Shown: positions 10,128 to 20,579 of the stretch, in pieces
Position numbering within the stretch: position 1 is the stretch's first letter
How the letters are laid out: each line of letters opens with the position of its first letter
Origin: Candidatus Poribacteria bacterium
GTDB lineage: Bacteria; Poribacteria; WGA-4E; WGA-3G
Length of the DNA stretch: 64,000 bases
Direction of reading: 5' to 3'
Assembly: GCA_963663765.2 (NCBI GenBank)
Contig: CAXXUA010000004.1
Coordinates: 352,001 to 416,000 of the forward strand
Program-made: the position numbers and the translations under genes
The notes under the pieces: model-generated
What the model saw: the letters and a program-made list of their open reading frames with translations, nothing else
Told to the model about the DNA's origin: nothing
The model's database searches: none

Positions 10128-13085
10128 CTAAGATTGTTTGTCTTTGCCAATCACAAGGTCCATGAATTCCATTTTATCAGCGCGGAGTAAGTTGTCAAGG
10201 GCGCGTTTTGCATTCTCAATTACAATTGTGTCTGTATTGTTAAGTCCTGCTGTTAGGATAGTTTTTGCTTCCTCGGTCTGAATGTAGATGTTTTTATTTT
10301 GAATGCCAGCAGTTAACTTTGAGAAGCACTCAACTACCGCAGCGGTATGTTTTGGGAGCATTTGACATAACTCCTTTAGATATATTTCCCAATTTTCTAC
10401 TTCGTAATCTTCTGCTTTGCATACATCTATGACTTTGGAATATGACTTCAACCGCCATTTAGCTTCCAAACATTTTGCTTGAAACCAATAGGTAAAATAT
10501 CGTAGTTCTGTCTTTTCTTCCTGATTAAGTCTCCATTTAAAGAAAATTTTAGTCCGATTTTTCATACTATGTTCTAAGTCATCACCTGTACTCATCAATC
10601 GATTTCCTATATCTTTAAATACAATTGCCCAATGTTCACGTTTATTATCAGTTTTCTTATAGAATTGTTCAAGTAAACTTTTTTGTCCCTTAAGGGGGAA
10701 CATTTCCCACAGATAATAGTTAAAAAGACGTTCACCGATTACATCAATAGGATGTCGTGCAATGAGATCATCATGTTTATTAATATTAGATAGATGTCTT
10801 AAAGCAAAATCAAAATCGTCTTTAAGTAAATCAAATATCTCCTTTACTGCAGGATTAAAGAGAACGAAACTGCTAAATGCTGCTGCCCATTCTTGACGTT
10901 TGCTTTCTGCTTGCGGGAAAAAATCTGCCTTATAGTCAATTGCCCACTTCTCATTTAATCTATAAATGGATAGAAAATACTTTCCTAAAATGGCATACTC
11001 TGGCGTTGTTAGAGTATATTCAGTTTCAGATGAGAACCTATTTTCAAGAATTGTTGTTACTTCAGGAACTTCACATGTTGGTTGATGTCTCTGTAACCAT
11101 AAACCAAATTTGATTAGACTTTCCAAAGCACGACTTCGTGTATTATTAATGGCTATTGTAAGTGGATCATTACAGTTTACTCCACTCGCGCGACTCTCAT
11201 CTAAGTTCCAATCAAATTGTGTACATAGAATATTCAGAAGTTTTGCTATCTGTTTGCGCGTAGAAACAGGAACATCAACATCTTTTGCCAAACATACGCT
11301 AATAAAGTCACCGACAGCTCGACGGGAATTTGTCCAGTTCTGATTCTCACGTGATTCATCACCTTGTAAATAGTCTGTATTGTGTTCTCCATCTGGATGT
11401 AAAAGCACCCATTCGCAGAATGTTAACCACTCCTTAAGAAGGTCAAAGTTCTTTTCCTTAACTTGTGCTTCCATTGCATAAATCATCATACGCACATATA
11501 TGGGTCTCTCAATCTGTTCACGATTTTTCATCCAAAACTTCAGTCTATTAGGATCTGGGATGATTGACTCATTGAAAATGGTTTGAAATGCATGGGCAAG
11601 TGCTTCAATATTAGTACTTACAAATGATTTATTTTCATAAGACTCCTCATCTTTCTCCCACTCGTTAATAAAATCAAGTAACTCTTTATCCATAAGATGA
11701 GAAAGATCTTCTGGGGTACGTGGACTTTGTTCAGAAACTCCCCCGCTTCTAACTTTAGTTTTAAATGGTGGATAATCTTCATCGTAAATTGGTTTGTTGA
11801 ATCTATCTTGTAGTTTTTTAAAACAAGTCTTATATTTACCAAATAGGACAGATTCAAAGGGTCTTAGCTGCATCCTATGGAAACGTTGTTGACGTTCCTG
11901 AAAACGCTTTTCTGTTAAGTGCTCACCTAACCAACTCTCCACCCAATGACGATAATTTTCTTTTGATGGACCATCAAGTATCAAATCAAAAATGTTTGCG
12001 CGTTCATCTTCCGTTAGTAACGTATCCTTGAAATGATCACAAGCATGTCGTATCATCTGTTGGAATTCAAAATGATGTTCCCTCAACCCAAAACCTTTGT
12101 GTGTTAAAATTAGTTCACGTATCCACGGTTTTGTTTGTTCATTCGGGAATTGTCCATAAAGATGTTGACGTAAACGGTTGAAAATTGGCCACGGTTTCTT
12201 TCGCAAAACTCTGTCTAAGACTGCAACATTGTTGTCTCCTTTTTCAAATACCATCTCGCAAGAATTTGTCAGTGTATGAACGAGTATTTCTTCAGGATCT
12301 TCGTGCTCGTTGTCTTGTGCGTATAGACGTGTACACCAAACATCAGAAAAATCAACTGCATTGTCATGATTTTCCTTATGAGTCCGTAGAAAAATCATTT
12401 CCATTGTAGTATCTATAAGAAGGCAAGCAACTTTAAAGGGTTCCTTTTCAGCAAGAGGTAGAATTCCTTTAGATATTATAATGGAGTATTCCCAGTGGTC
12501 AAATTTAGGTTTAGGCTGGAGATATGTTCCACCTAAGTCATGCCAGTCGTTTGCATTTTCTCGCTTTTTCCGTTTTTCTTCTGACTTCGGATCAGGTGCG
12601 AACTTAATCAGTACTTTTGCAAGTTCCAATGCATCAGATGTCTGATTTTCCTTCGTCCAATGTGTTAACACATTTGCGAATTTATGCTTTTGAAGTTGGT
12701 AATCCATTTCAATGTATTCAAAGATTTTGTCTTTAAGTTCCACAGAGTCTTCACCTGGAAGCTGCAAAGCAATATCTAATATACCGTCATAGACAACTGG
12801 ATTATCAACTTTCGGTAGATTCACTACCAAATCAATAACTTCATTCGGTAAATCGGTACATACGTTCTTGAGATAACGAATCTCGTGCCAGTATGGGTAT
12901 ATAACGGTGCCATCATCAAATCGCTGGGTTTTTGGCGGATATTTAAACCGACCACGTTCAGCAAGCGGTCGTAACCACAATGGATTTTCCAAGCGCGAGA
13001 AAAAATATTTACAAGCAGTTACCTTTGTAATTGAGGTAAGTGCCTTATTTACAAGTTCATCGGTTGGCTTCTTCCAAGATTTCAT
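10128..13085 (-). CDS. Large (about 985 aa) helical hypothetical protein
   Basis: Long ORF. AGGAG RBS before ATG at 13085, overlapping the upstream ORF by 29 bp. N-terminal YFFSRLENPLWL...YPYW motif. Confidence 0.8.
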   Translation of the reverse strand: MKSWKKPTDELVNKALTSITKVTACKYFFSRLENPLWLRPLAERGRFKYPPKTQRFDDGTVIYPYWHEIRYLKNVCTDLPNEVIDLVVNLPKVDNPVVYDGILDIALQLPGEDSVELKDKIFEYIEMDYQLQKHKFANVLTHWTKENQTSDALELAKVLIKFAPDPKSEEKRKKRENANDWHDLGGTYLQPKPKFDHWEYSIIISKGILPLAEKEPFKVACLLIDTTMEMIFLRTHKENHDNAVDFSDVWCTRLYAQDNEHEDPEEILVHTLTNSCEMVFEKGDNNVAVLDRVLRKKPWPIFNRLRQHLYGQFPNEQTKPWIRELILTHKGFGLREHHFEFQQMIRHACDHFKDTLLTEDERANIFDLILDGPSKENYRHWVESWLGEHLTEKRFQERQQRFHRMQLRPFESVLFGKYKTCFKKLQDRFNKPIYDEDYPPFKTKVRSGGVSEQSPRTPEDLSHLMDKELLDFINEWEKDEESYENKSFVSTNIEALAHAFQTIFNESIIPDPNRLKFWMKNREQIERPIYVRMMIYAMEAQVKEKNFDLLKEWLTFCEWVLLHPDGEHNTDYLQGDESRENQNWTNSRRAVGDFISVCLAKDVDVPVSTRKQIAKLLNILCTQFDWNLDESRASGVNCNDPLTIAINNTRSRALESLIKFGLWLQRHQPTCEVPEVTTILENRFSSETEYTLTTPEYAILGKYFLSIYRLNEKWAIDYKADFFPQAESKRQEWAAAFSSFVLFNPAVKEIFDLLKDDFDFALRHLSNINKHDDLIARHPIDVIGERLFNYYLWEMFPLKGQKSLLEQFYKKTDNKREHWAIVFKDIGNRLMSTGDDLEHSMKNRTKIFFKWRLNQEEKTELRYFTYWFQAKCLEAKWRLKSYSKVIDVCKAEDYEVENWEIYLKELCQMLPKHTAAVVECFSKLTAGIQNKNIYIQTEEAKTILTAGLNNTDTIVIENAKRALDNLLRADKMEFMDLVIGKDKQS

Positions 13086-13692
13086 GGATGCTCCTGAGTT
13101 GTTCAATATCGCTTTCTGCAGCGGCATATAAAAACGTATCAAAATTGTGAAAATGCAATTCCACTTCGTTAGATGCTGCCATGGGAAACTCATCCTCACG
13201 TAAATGTGTATGTCCGTTAAACCACTGTTTTGCTTTTCGCCATTCTTGAGATAAGTACTCTGGAATACTTTCTTTATTCGGATAATCCAGAAAATTTGTA
13301 AAGAAAGAACTGTCTATCTCTTTAGCTCTGAGACGGCCTTCTTTGTGGTCATCAACCAGTTTTTTTACCTTTTGACAGATTTCATTAGGGATTAAATGTT
13401 CTTTTAGAACTTTGTCTGGCGGATGAAATCCTTCACCTCCCCATTCGTCTTTCCAATCGTCTTTGAACTTATCCACGAGTTCGACATATTGAACCTGCTC
13501 CCTCTTAATGCCTTCCGAAGCTGGAACAAGACCGTTCATCAAATCCCTGCTGGCGTGGGATACGAAGGTGATGTAGTTCGATGATTTGTTATTCAGTTGT
13601 TCTATTGCACCTTTATATGCTTCGGCATACACAGGTAATTCTAGATCGTCGTTTATCCAATTATAGACAATTTGTTGATTTGATGTCAGCAT
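13057..13692 (-). CDS. Hypothetical protein, possibly a HEPN-like/pPIWI-associated-nuclease-like helical domain
   Basis: 211-aa ORF with SHASRDL and FNGHTH motifs; the family call is tentative. Confidence 0.6.
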   Translation of the reverse strand: MLTSNQQIVYNWINDDLELPVYAEAYKGAIEQLNNKSSNYITFVSHASRDLMNGLVPASEGIKREQVQYVELVDKFKDDWKDEWGGEGFHPPDKVLKEHLIPNEICQKVKKLVDDHKEGRLRAKEIDSSFFTNFLDYPNKESIPEYLSQEWRKAKQWFNGHTHLREDEFPMAASNEVELHFHNFDTFLYAAAESDIEQLRSIHEILEEANR

Positions 13693-13723
13693 TATACCTT
13701 AAAAAACGTTATTATTTCTATTG

Positions 13724-13846
13724 CAGGACTTACGCAATTTTCTTGATTTAATCAAGAATTATGTTGAAAATGATGTAATTAATCAGTGTTTTTATAGGGT
13801 GCCAGCGCGCTTACAAAGCACGCCTACCGTTTTTGCGTAAGTTCTG
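13724..13846 (+). mobile_element. MITE family A, copy 1
   Basis: Terminal inverted repeats CAGGACTTACGCA...TGCGTAAGTTCTG; 5-bp target duplication TATTG on both sides. Confidence 0.9.
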
Positions 13847-13922
13847 TATTGAATTAATCTCTATATAACTCCTTATCTTCAACATACAGAAAATCCATAA
13901 CTATTGAATTGAATTTCCAGCA

Positions 13923-15284
13923 TTATATTGAATAAATCATGCGACTTGCTTCTTCAAATTCTGGTTCAAGAGGGTCAGTTGATAGGTAGAGTTTTTGGTA
14001 GGGTTCATACAGTTGGATATAACTCCAATTCACACCACAAAGCACTTTTCCAGTATTAACAAGTTTGATAAATCTACCCCGGAACTTTGCGCGAGTCTGT
14101 TGCGGTGGAGAATGCATCGCTTGTCGTATCTGTGAGTCATCTAATATCCGTTCAGTTAACCCACGTTTTTCTGCTTTGTAGTAGATACTGGAGTCTTGGC
14201 GAATGTTATGATATTCTAAGTCTAACCGTCTGACCTCAGCGGAATTCCAATCAACGCCGCGACTTTTTACATACGCCTCAATCCATTTCCTTTTGATAAC
14301 CCAATCAAGTTCACGTTCCAACTGCATCGGATCATCTTCCAGACATTTCATGACATATTCCCACCGAGACATTATTTCATCGGTTGTCGGGTCAGACTCT
14401 TCTTGTTCAAGATACCGTTTTGCACACTCAAAATATTGCCATTGAAGTTCAATCGCAGTCAATCGTTTACCGTTTTCAAGTTCAACTAATCGTTTGCAGC
14501 TAATATCTTCCGATATTTCGTGAATTGCTTGTACGGAGTTACGAAGAGCGAACCGTTCACTGATAAAATGATCCTCAATCATCCGCAAAATGATACCAGT
14601 AGTTCCCACTTTCAAAAAGGTAGAAAATTCTGACATATTAGAATCACCGACGATGACGTGAAGACGTCTATATTTCTCTCTGTCGGCATGCGGTTCGTCT
14701 CGCGTGTTGATTATTCCGCGGGCAGTTGTTGTCGCGATGGATATTTCTTCGCGGATGTGTTGGGCGCGTTGCGAAATCTCATAGAAACCTTGATCGCTAC
14801 GTTTGATTTTTCCCGCACCGGTAAAAATCTGTCGGGTGACAAAAAAAGGAATGAGTTGAGATGCTAACTGACGAAAACTAACTTTCTCACGTTCCATTAA
14901 ATAGTTTTCATGACATCCATAAGTATTGCCTACTGAATCTAAGTTGTTTTTGAAAATAGAAATTTTGCCACGGAAACCGTCTGCTTTCATACGTCGTTCT
15001 GCTGTTGTAGCAAGCCGTGTGACAATACGTTCTCCCGCTTTGTCGTGGGCAACTAACTCAATGACATCATCACATTCAGGAGTAGCATATTCAGGATGGC
15101 AGCCAATGTCTTGATAGAACCGTGCCCCATTTTCAAGAAATACATCAGGATACATCCTTCCTGAAATTATTTCACGAAACAGATACATCACAACGTTCTG
15201 AACAGTAAGTTTTTTGCCTCTATTTTTCTCTGGGGTACAGATAATTCCGTATTCGGTTTCCAATCCGTAAATTCTACGATGCAT
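13923..15284 (-). CDS. pafA: Pup--protein ligase PafA
   Basis: RRIYGLETEYG; FLENGARFYQD; HPEYATPECD; YGCHENY; RGIINTRDEPHAD; RRLHVIVGDSN. Last gene of the Pup operon. Confidence 0.93.
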   Translation of the reverse strand: MHRRIYGLETEYGIICTPEKNRGKKLTVQNVVMYLFREIISGRMYPDVFLENGARFYQDIGCHPEYATPECDDVIELVAHDKAGERIVTRLATTAERRMKADGFRGKISIFKNNLDSVGNTYGCHENYLMEREKVSFRQLASQLIPFFVTRQIFTGAGKIKRSDQGFYEISQRAQHIREEISIATTTARGIINTRDEPHADREKYRRLHVIVGDSNMSEFSTFLKVGTTGIILRMIEDHFISERFALRNSVQAIHEISEDISCKRLVELENGKRLTAIELQWQYFECAKRYLEQEESDPTTDEIMSRWEYVMKCLEDDPMQLERELDWVIKRKWIEAYVKSRGVDWNSAEVRRLDLEYHNIRQDSSIYYKAEKRGLTERILDDSQIRQAMHSPPQQTRAKFRGRFIKLVNTGKVLCGVNWSYIQLYEPYQKLYLSTDPLEPEFEEASRMIYSI

Positions 15285-15984
15285 GGTTATATATCTCTGC
15301 TATCTCATCAACTGAGAACCGTCGAAATTTACGGCGACCAATTGTGGAATCAAGACACGATACTTCTATTGTCTCAGGTGTAATTTGATACGGTTCTGCT
15401 TCTTTGGACTCAATAGATTCAAAAGTTTTTGCTGCAAGTTGTAAAGCGTCTTTAAGTTCCAATTCCTCTTTGTAGGTTTCATTAAGTATTTCTGTGATTG
15501 CTTCTGCTCGACCTCCGATGATAGCAAACTGATTTCGTTCCTCATAAGTGCCATCAAACGAAATCTTATAAATCTGACTATGGGTATTCGGACTACCATT
15601 GACTTCACAGACAAGAAGTTCAATCTCAAGAGGTTTCACATCCCATCCTTGCGCAATCGCACTGATATGTTGTGAGTATATATTTGTCAACCATTTGCCA
15701 GTAACATCTTCCCGGTAATATGTATATCCCTTTACTTCTGCTTCTCGTATTCCAGCGACTCGGAGTGCTTCGTATTCAGATACACGTCCAGTAGATGCAA
15801 GTGCTATTCTGTCATATATTTCAGAAATCTTGAATAATGTTCTTCGGGGGTTTTCTGCGACCATTAGAAGTCCATCTCTATATGCTAAAACGATAACTTC
15901 CTTCGCTTGTTCAATTCCGCGATCGACAAATACCTTTTTATCTTCCCAAATTTGTTCGGGTGATACATAATAAGGTGTTGACAT
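15274..15984 (-). CDS. prcA: 20S proteasome alpha subunit
   Basis: MSTPYYVSPEQ N-terminus; KISEIYDRIA; RRKFRR C-terminal motif. Confidence 0.93.
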   Translation of the reverse strand: MSTPYYVSPEQIWEDKKVFVDRGIEQAKEVIVLAYRDGLLMVAENPRRTLFKISEIYDRIALASTGRVSEYEALRVAGIREAEVKGYTYYREDVTGKWLTNIYSQHISAIAQGWDVKPLEIELLVCEVNGSPNTHSQIYKISFDGTYEERNQFAIIGGRAEAITEILNETYKEELELKDALQLAAKTFESIESKEAEPYQITPETIEVSCLDSTIGRRKFRRFSVDEIAEIYNHAS

Positions 15985-16015
15985 TTAATCCCCTTTGCAA
16001 GTTAACTTGGAAAAA

Positions 16016-16807
16016 CTATCCATGTTCTAAGCGAGTAACTAATTCATGGAATAACTCAGCAACTGTTTCATCTGGTACATCGGAGATTCCATCCTTTGTG
16101 ATGACCGTCAATGTAGGAAAGATTTTCCTAATTAAATCAGGTCCTCCCGTTGCAATGTCCTCATCCGCTGCATCCCATAATGCTTCAACGATTGACTTCA
16201 AGGCTGCTTGTTGCGACATTTCCGTTCGGAACAACTTTTTAAGGGTTGAACGCGCATCTTTCCCACCAGAACCTATGGAATAATAAGCATCTTCCTCATA
16301 ACGACCACCAAGAACATCATATTTAAATATCCTCCCTTTCTGCTGTTTCAGGTCATATCCAGCAAAAATCGGCAGCACAATAAGTCCCTGCATAACTAAA
16401 CTTAAATTAGCACGTACAAGACTTGACAGATAGTTTGCTTGTCCTTCTAAGCTTAAGGGAGTTCCCTCCACCTTTTCATAAAATTCAACTTGTACTTGGA
16501 ACAGTTTTGCTGTTTCAAAGCAGGGACCCGCGACACCAGCGACAGCAATCGCAGTGTATCTATCAATCTTAAATACTTTCTGTATGCGACGTTCACCAAC
16601 CTGATACCCTTCTGTCGCTTGACGGTCACCCGCAATAATCACACCTTCATCAAATACAAGTGCAAGAACAGTTGTACCTTCCAAAAAATTGCGTGGATAA
16701 TCCTGCTGCAACCCGTTGAGTTGGTTCCAGTCCGAGACATGTTCCGGACAACGACTCTTCAGTATTTGAAGAAAATCTGTTGTCGCATAGTCATGCGGTT
16801 TGAGCAA
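16016..16807 (-). CDS. prcB: 20S proteasome beta subunit (with propeptide)
   Basis: G|TTVLAL autocleavage site with catalytic Thr; AGDRQAT; IGSGG; DAADEDIATGGPD. Confidence 0.95.
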   Translation of the reverse strand: MLKPHDYATTDFLQILKSRCPEHVSDWNQLNGLQQDYPRNFLEGTTVLALVFDEGVIIAGDRQATEGYQVGERRIQKVFKIDRYTAIAVAGVAGPCFETAKLFQVQVEFYEKVEGTPLSLEGQANYLSSLVRANLSLVMQGLIVLPIFAGYDLKQQKGRIFKYDVLGGRYEEDAYYSIGSGGKDARSTLKKLFRTEMSQQAALKSIVEALWDAADEDIATGGPDLIRKIFPTLTVITKDGISDVPDETVAELFHELVTRLEHG

Positions 16808-16809
16808 TA

Positions 16810-17007
16810 CTACTGACCTCCGCGCTGAATAAAGTTTTCGACGAATTCCTCTGAATCCTCTTCCAGAATCTCTTCAATTTCATCAAGGAGCGCGTCTAAA
16901 TCGTCAGTTAAATCGTCAACATTCTCGTTGAGTTCAGGATTAGGTTGGATCTCCTCAGTATGATTGTAAGAGTGATCCCGGTATTCTTGCTGTTTTTCGC
17001 GTGGCAT
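16810..17007 (-). CDS. pup: Prokaryotic ubiquitin-like protein Pup
   Basis: 65 aa, acidic; DDLDALLDEIEEILEE...FIQRGGQ C-terminus; lies between dop and prcB; AGGAG RBS. Confidence 0.95.
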   Translation of the reverse strand: MPREKQQEYRDHSYNHTEEIQPNPELNENVDDLTDDLDALLDEIEEILEEDSEEFVENFIQRGGQ

Positions 17008-17091
17008 GAATGACTCCTTTTTTAGTACTGATAACGGAATTTCTGTTTAACTTATATGACACATTATTCAAATGGTGAATATACCATTACA

Positions 17092-18585
17092 TCAAGATGA
17101 ATTGCAGTCAGTTTGGATTTTGTTAACAAGTTCAACAACATTACAAGTATTCAACAGTTCTCCTACAATCGCTTGCGTACCAAAGTGTGGACGATCCATC
17201 ATAATCTTATCATATCCTGTTGGACCATTGAAAACAATCGTATTCCAACTCACACTATGAATACTATCAGGAAATTTCCTTATACAAGTACCTCTAAAGT
17301 ATGCTCGTGTATCCAAGGGTGGATGCAGAATCGCATGCACAATCTCTTCACGAGATAACAAACGTTTGACATGTCCGTTCTTGAGTAATCGCGCATATAA
17401 TCCTTTGTCTGGACGTAGGTCATGAAATTGCAAATCAAGCATCCGTATATTTGGATCATTCCATTTAAAATTGTGTCGCGCAATATATGCATCAATTAAC
17501 TTCTTCTTAATCACCCAATCCAAATAATGTCCTAAACTCATCGGGTCAGATTGTAATCCATTTAAGACAAATTCCCATTTATCCAATACATCCTCTACAA
17601 CAGGATCTCTTTCTTCTGCTGTAAGGTGTTGATGGGCAAGTTCAAGATAACCTTTCTGGATTTCTATTGCGGTCCATTTACGTCCATCCTTTAACTCAAT
17701 CTCTTCTTTGCAAGTCAGATCACGAGACACAGCCTTAATCGTAGCAACAGGCTTATGCAACTCAAACTTATTTTCTACAACACCTTTTTCAATCAACTTT
17801 AGTACAATAGCAGTTATACCGACCTTTAGGTATATAGAATATTCTGCCATATTTGAATCACCGACAATGACATGTAAACGTCTATATAGTTTCGAATCTG
17901 CATGCGGCTCATCACGTGTGTTGATTATCGGACGATCAACCATGGTACTTAGACCGACCTCTTTCTCAAAGAAATCTGACCGCTGTGAAATCTGAAAGTT
18001 TGTATCTGCCGCTCCGTTTTCTGCACCTACCTTACCACTACCAGTGATAATCTGACGTGTTACCATAAATGGTGTCAACCCATCAACTATCTCCGAAAAA
18101 GGTAACTTACGGGACATCAAGTAGTTTTCATGCGCACCATAACTATGTCCCTTATAGTCTGTGTTGTTCTTGTAGATTATTATTTCTTGATTGTCTAATA
18201 ATAACTCTTCCGCAGCAAGACGACTCAAGTCTAATATCAACTCACCCGCCTTTTCGTATTTCACTAAGTCACGCGCATTCGTACACTCGGGGGTACAGTA
18301 TTCTGGATGCGCATGATCTACATAGTATCTCCCACCGTTGGCTAATATGTCGTTGATGACACTGTTGTTTGCGTCTTGTACCGTCTGTTTTTCACTTTCA
18401 GCAATGAACCCACGGGCATCCATCAATGGACTCTCTTGGGCATAGTCCCAAGAAATTGTAGGAATATTCCTACTCTTATATGCATTAACAACTAATGTTG
18501 ATGCTGCAATTGGATCCTGTTCGCCAGCATTTTTGACTGAGATACCGAATTCAGTCTCGGTACCAATGATTGTAGGTACTGTCAT
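17092..18585 (-). CDS. dop: Depupylase/deamidase Dop
   Basis: IIGTETEFGI; WDYAQESPLMDARGF (Dop loop); NGGRYYVDHAHPEY; SQRSDFFE; TRAYFRG. Confidence 0.94.
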   Translation of the reverse strand: MTVPTIIGTETEFGISVKNAGEQDPIAASTLVVNAYKSRNIPTISWDYAQESPLMDARGFIAESEKQTVQDANNSVINDILANGGRYYVDHAHPEYCTPECTNARDLVKYEKAGELILDLSRLAAEELLLDNQEIIIYKNNTDYKGHSYGAHENYLMSRKLPFSEIVDGLTPFMVTRQIITGSGKVGAENGAADTNFQISQRSDFFEKEVGLSTMVDRPIINTRDEPHADSKLYRRLHVIVGDSNMAEYSIYLKVGITAIVLKLIEKGVVENKFELHKPVATIKAVSRDLTCKEEIELKDGRKWTAIEIQKGYLELAHQHLTAEERDPVVEDVLDKWEFVLNGLQSDPMSLGHYLDWVIKKKLIDAYIARHNFKWNDPNIRMLDLQFHDLRPDKGLYARLLKNGHVKRLLSREEIVHAILHPPLDTRAYFRGTCIRKFPDSIHSVSWNTIVFNGPTGYDKIMMDRPHFGTQAIVGELLNTCNVVELVNKIQTDCNSS

Positions 18586-18631
18586 ATTTTTCTTTGAAAT
18601 CTACAATTAACTCACAAATTGGATAGAAAGT

Positions 18632-20428
18632 TTATAGATACGTTCCACCTGCACTCACTCTCATATCAGGATTTCTGCGGGTTTCAGGTTCATTAATCAA
18701 AGCACGAATGTTAACTATTTTCTCACCCTTCCTACCAGATATTTTCGCCCAATCATCTGGATTGGTGGTGTTCGGAAGGTCCTCATTCTCATGATATTCT
18801 TCCCGAATAGCAGTCTTTAAATCTACAACCGATATGCCTTTTTCTTTCCCCTCAGAACTGATAAGACGTTTAATCGCCATCTTCTTCGCACGGGAAACAA
18901 TGTTCCTAATCATTGCACCACTAACAAAATCTTTGAAAAACAGAGTCTCACGTTCACCACGTGTATAGGTAACTTCAATAAACCTATTCTCTTCAGTTGT
19001 GGCATACATTTCGTCAACTGCTTCAGAAATTAAATGTTCAGTTATATCTTCGCTGTTCCCATCAAATTTCTCTATTTCCTCGTCGGCAAACGGTAAATCG
19101 GGTGTTAAATAGATCGAAAAAATATCCTTCGCACCATCTAAATTAGGACGGTCAATCTTGATTTTTATATCAAGCCTACCAGGCCTTAGCACAGCAGGAT
19201 CCAGTAAATCCTGTCGATTACTTGCTCCAATCACTATAACATCACGTAAGTTTTCTACACCATCAATCTCCGCAAGGAATTGCGGTACTAAAGTAGACTC
19301 CATATCAGATGAAATACCCATACCACGTGAACGAAAGAGTGAATCCATCTCATCAAAGAAAATAACAACAGGAAAACCCTCTTTAGACTTTTCACGTGCT
19401 TTTGAGAACACTTCTCGGATCTTCCGTTCAGTTTCACCAACATACTTATTCAGAAGTTCAGGTCCCTTAATATTAATGAAATACCCTCTAATATCTTCCC
19501 TATTAGTCTGTTGACGAACACGATCCGCAAGACAATTGGCAACTGCACGCGCAATGAGCGTCTTACCACAACCCGGCGGTCCATACAATAGAACACCTTT
19601 AGGAGGAGTCAAATCAAACTCCTTGTACTCAGCCGGATAGAGATACGGCATCTCAATAGCATCACGTATTGCCTCAATTTGCGTATCTAAACCACCAATG
19701 TCCGCATAACTTATGTCCGGCACTTCCTCAAGTAAAAGATCATCAAGTTCGCGTTTGGGTAGTTTCTCAAGAAGCATCCCACTTGTATGATTTAACAGAA
19801 CACTATCACCTGTTTTTAAGGTTTCATCTCTCAACGCTTCAGAGATACGAACTACTTGCTCCTCATCTGTTCGTAGACTGATGACTGCACGATCTGATTC
19901 AAGCACCTCTTTGATCTTAACAACATCACCATGCTTTTCAGGAGGTTTAATCGCGACAACATTCAACCCACTATTCACAATAACCTCTTGACCAACTTGA
20001 AGCTGATCAGCATTTAGTGAAGGATCATGGTTAACTCTCCATTTTTTACCACCGATGTCAACATCAATTGTGTTATCATCATTCACACCAAGAAAAATAC
20101 CGTAGTTATTTGGCGGAGCACTGAGTTGTTTAACCTTTTCTTTTAGGATTTCGAGCTTCTCTTTCGCTTCTTGAAGGGTACTGGTCAGTTTTCGGTTTCT
20201 GCGATGCGATTGCATCAACTCTCGCGTCATATCATACAAACGCGCATCTACATCATCATCGGGCGCAGTTCGAAGCTGTCTTCTTAGATCGCTCACTTCG
20301 TTCTCAAGCATCTCTATCTGCCAATTCAACTCACGAATCCGCTGCGGATAGTTCATACTTTCAGATGAATCTTCCTGCATATCAGCACTCTTCAATAAAT
20401 CTGATGAAGTCTCTCTTTTGCCAGCCAT
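18632..20428 (-). CDS. arc: Proteasome ATPase ARC/Mpa
   Basis: N-terminal coiled coil plus OB domains; GPPGCGKT; FFDEMD; NEDLPNTTNPDDWAKISG; C-terminal GTYL HbYX-type tail. Confidence 0.96.
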   Translation of the reverse strand: MAGKRETSSDLLKSADMQEDSSESMNYPQRIRELNWQIEMLENEVSDLRRQLRTAPDDDVDARLYDMTRELMQSHRRNRKLTSTLQEAKEKLEILKEKVKQLSAPPNNYGIFLGVNDDNTIDVDIGGKKWRVNHDPSLNADQLQVGQEVIVNSGLNVVAIKPPEKHGDVVKIKEVLESDRAVISLRTDEEQVVRISEALRDETLKTGDSVLLNHTSGMLLEKLPKRELDDLLLEEVPDISYADIGGLDTQIEAIRDAIEMPYLYPAEYKEFDLTPPKGVLLYGPPGCGKTLIARAVANCLADRVRQQTNREDIRGYFINIKGPELLNKYVGETERKIREVFSKAREKSKEGFPVVIFFDEMDSLFRSRGMGISSDMESTLVPQFLAEIDGVENLRDVIVIGASNRQDLLDPAVLRPGRLDIKIKIDRPNLDGAKDIFSIYLTPDLPFADEEIEKFDGNSEDITEHLISEAVDEMYATTEENRFIEVTYTRGERETLFFKDFVSGAMIRNIVSRAKKMAIKRLISSEGKEKGISVVDLKTAIREEYHENEDLPNTTNPDDWAKISGRKGEKIVNIRALINEPETRRNPDMRVSAGGTYL

Positions 20429-20579
20429 ACAAATAGTTCTCACTTTCTATAGTAAAGATTGAGGTATGGTAGTATATCTGTCGGATACTAAAATACCGAC
20501 TAAAGTTTTAATAATATAGCATGTTGAAAAAAATACTTCAAGAAAAAACTATAATCGACTACACCATATAAAAGAATTC

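Noticed and set aside
13086-13199. N-terminal extension of the 1023-aa ORF, or a programmed frameshift fusion with the upstream ORF
   Set aside because: An RBS-supported ATG at 13085 explains the overlap and no clear slippery site was seen; a fusion cannot be fully excluded
16810-17007. UBact rather than Pup
   Set aside because: The GGQ terminus and DxLLDEI...F core match Pup, and the gene order matches canonical Pup loci
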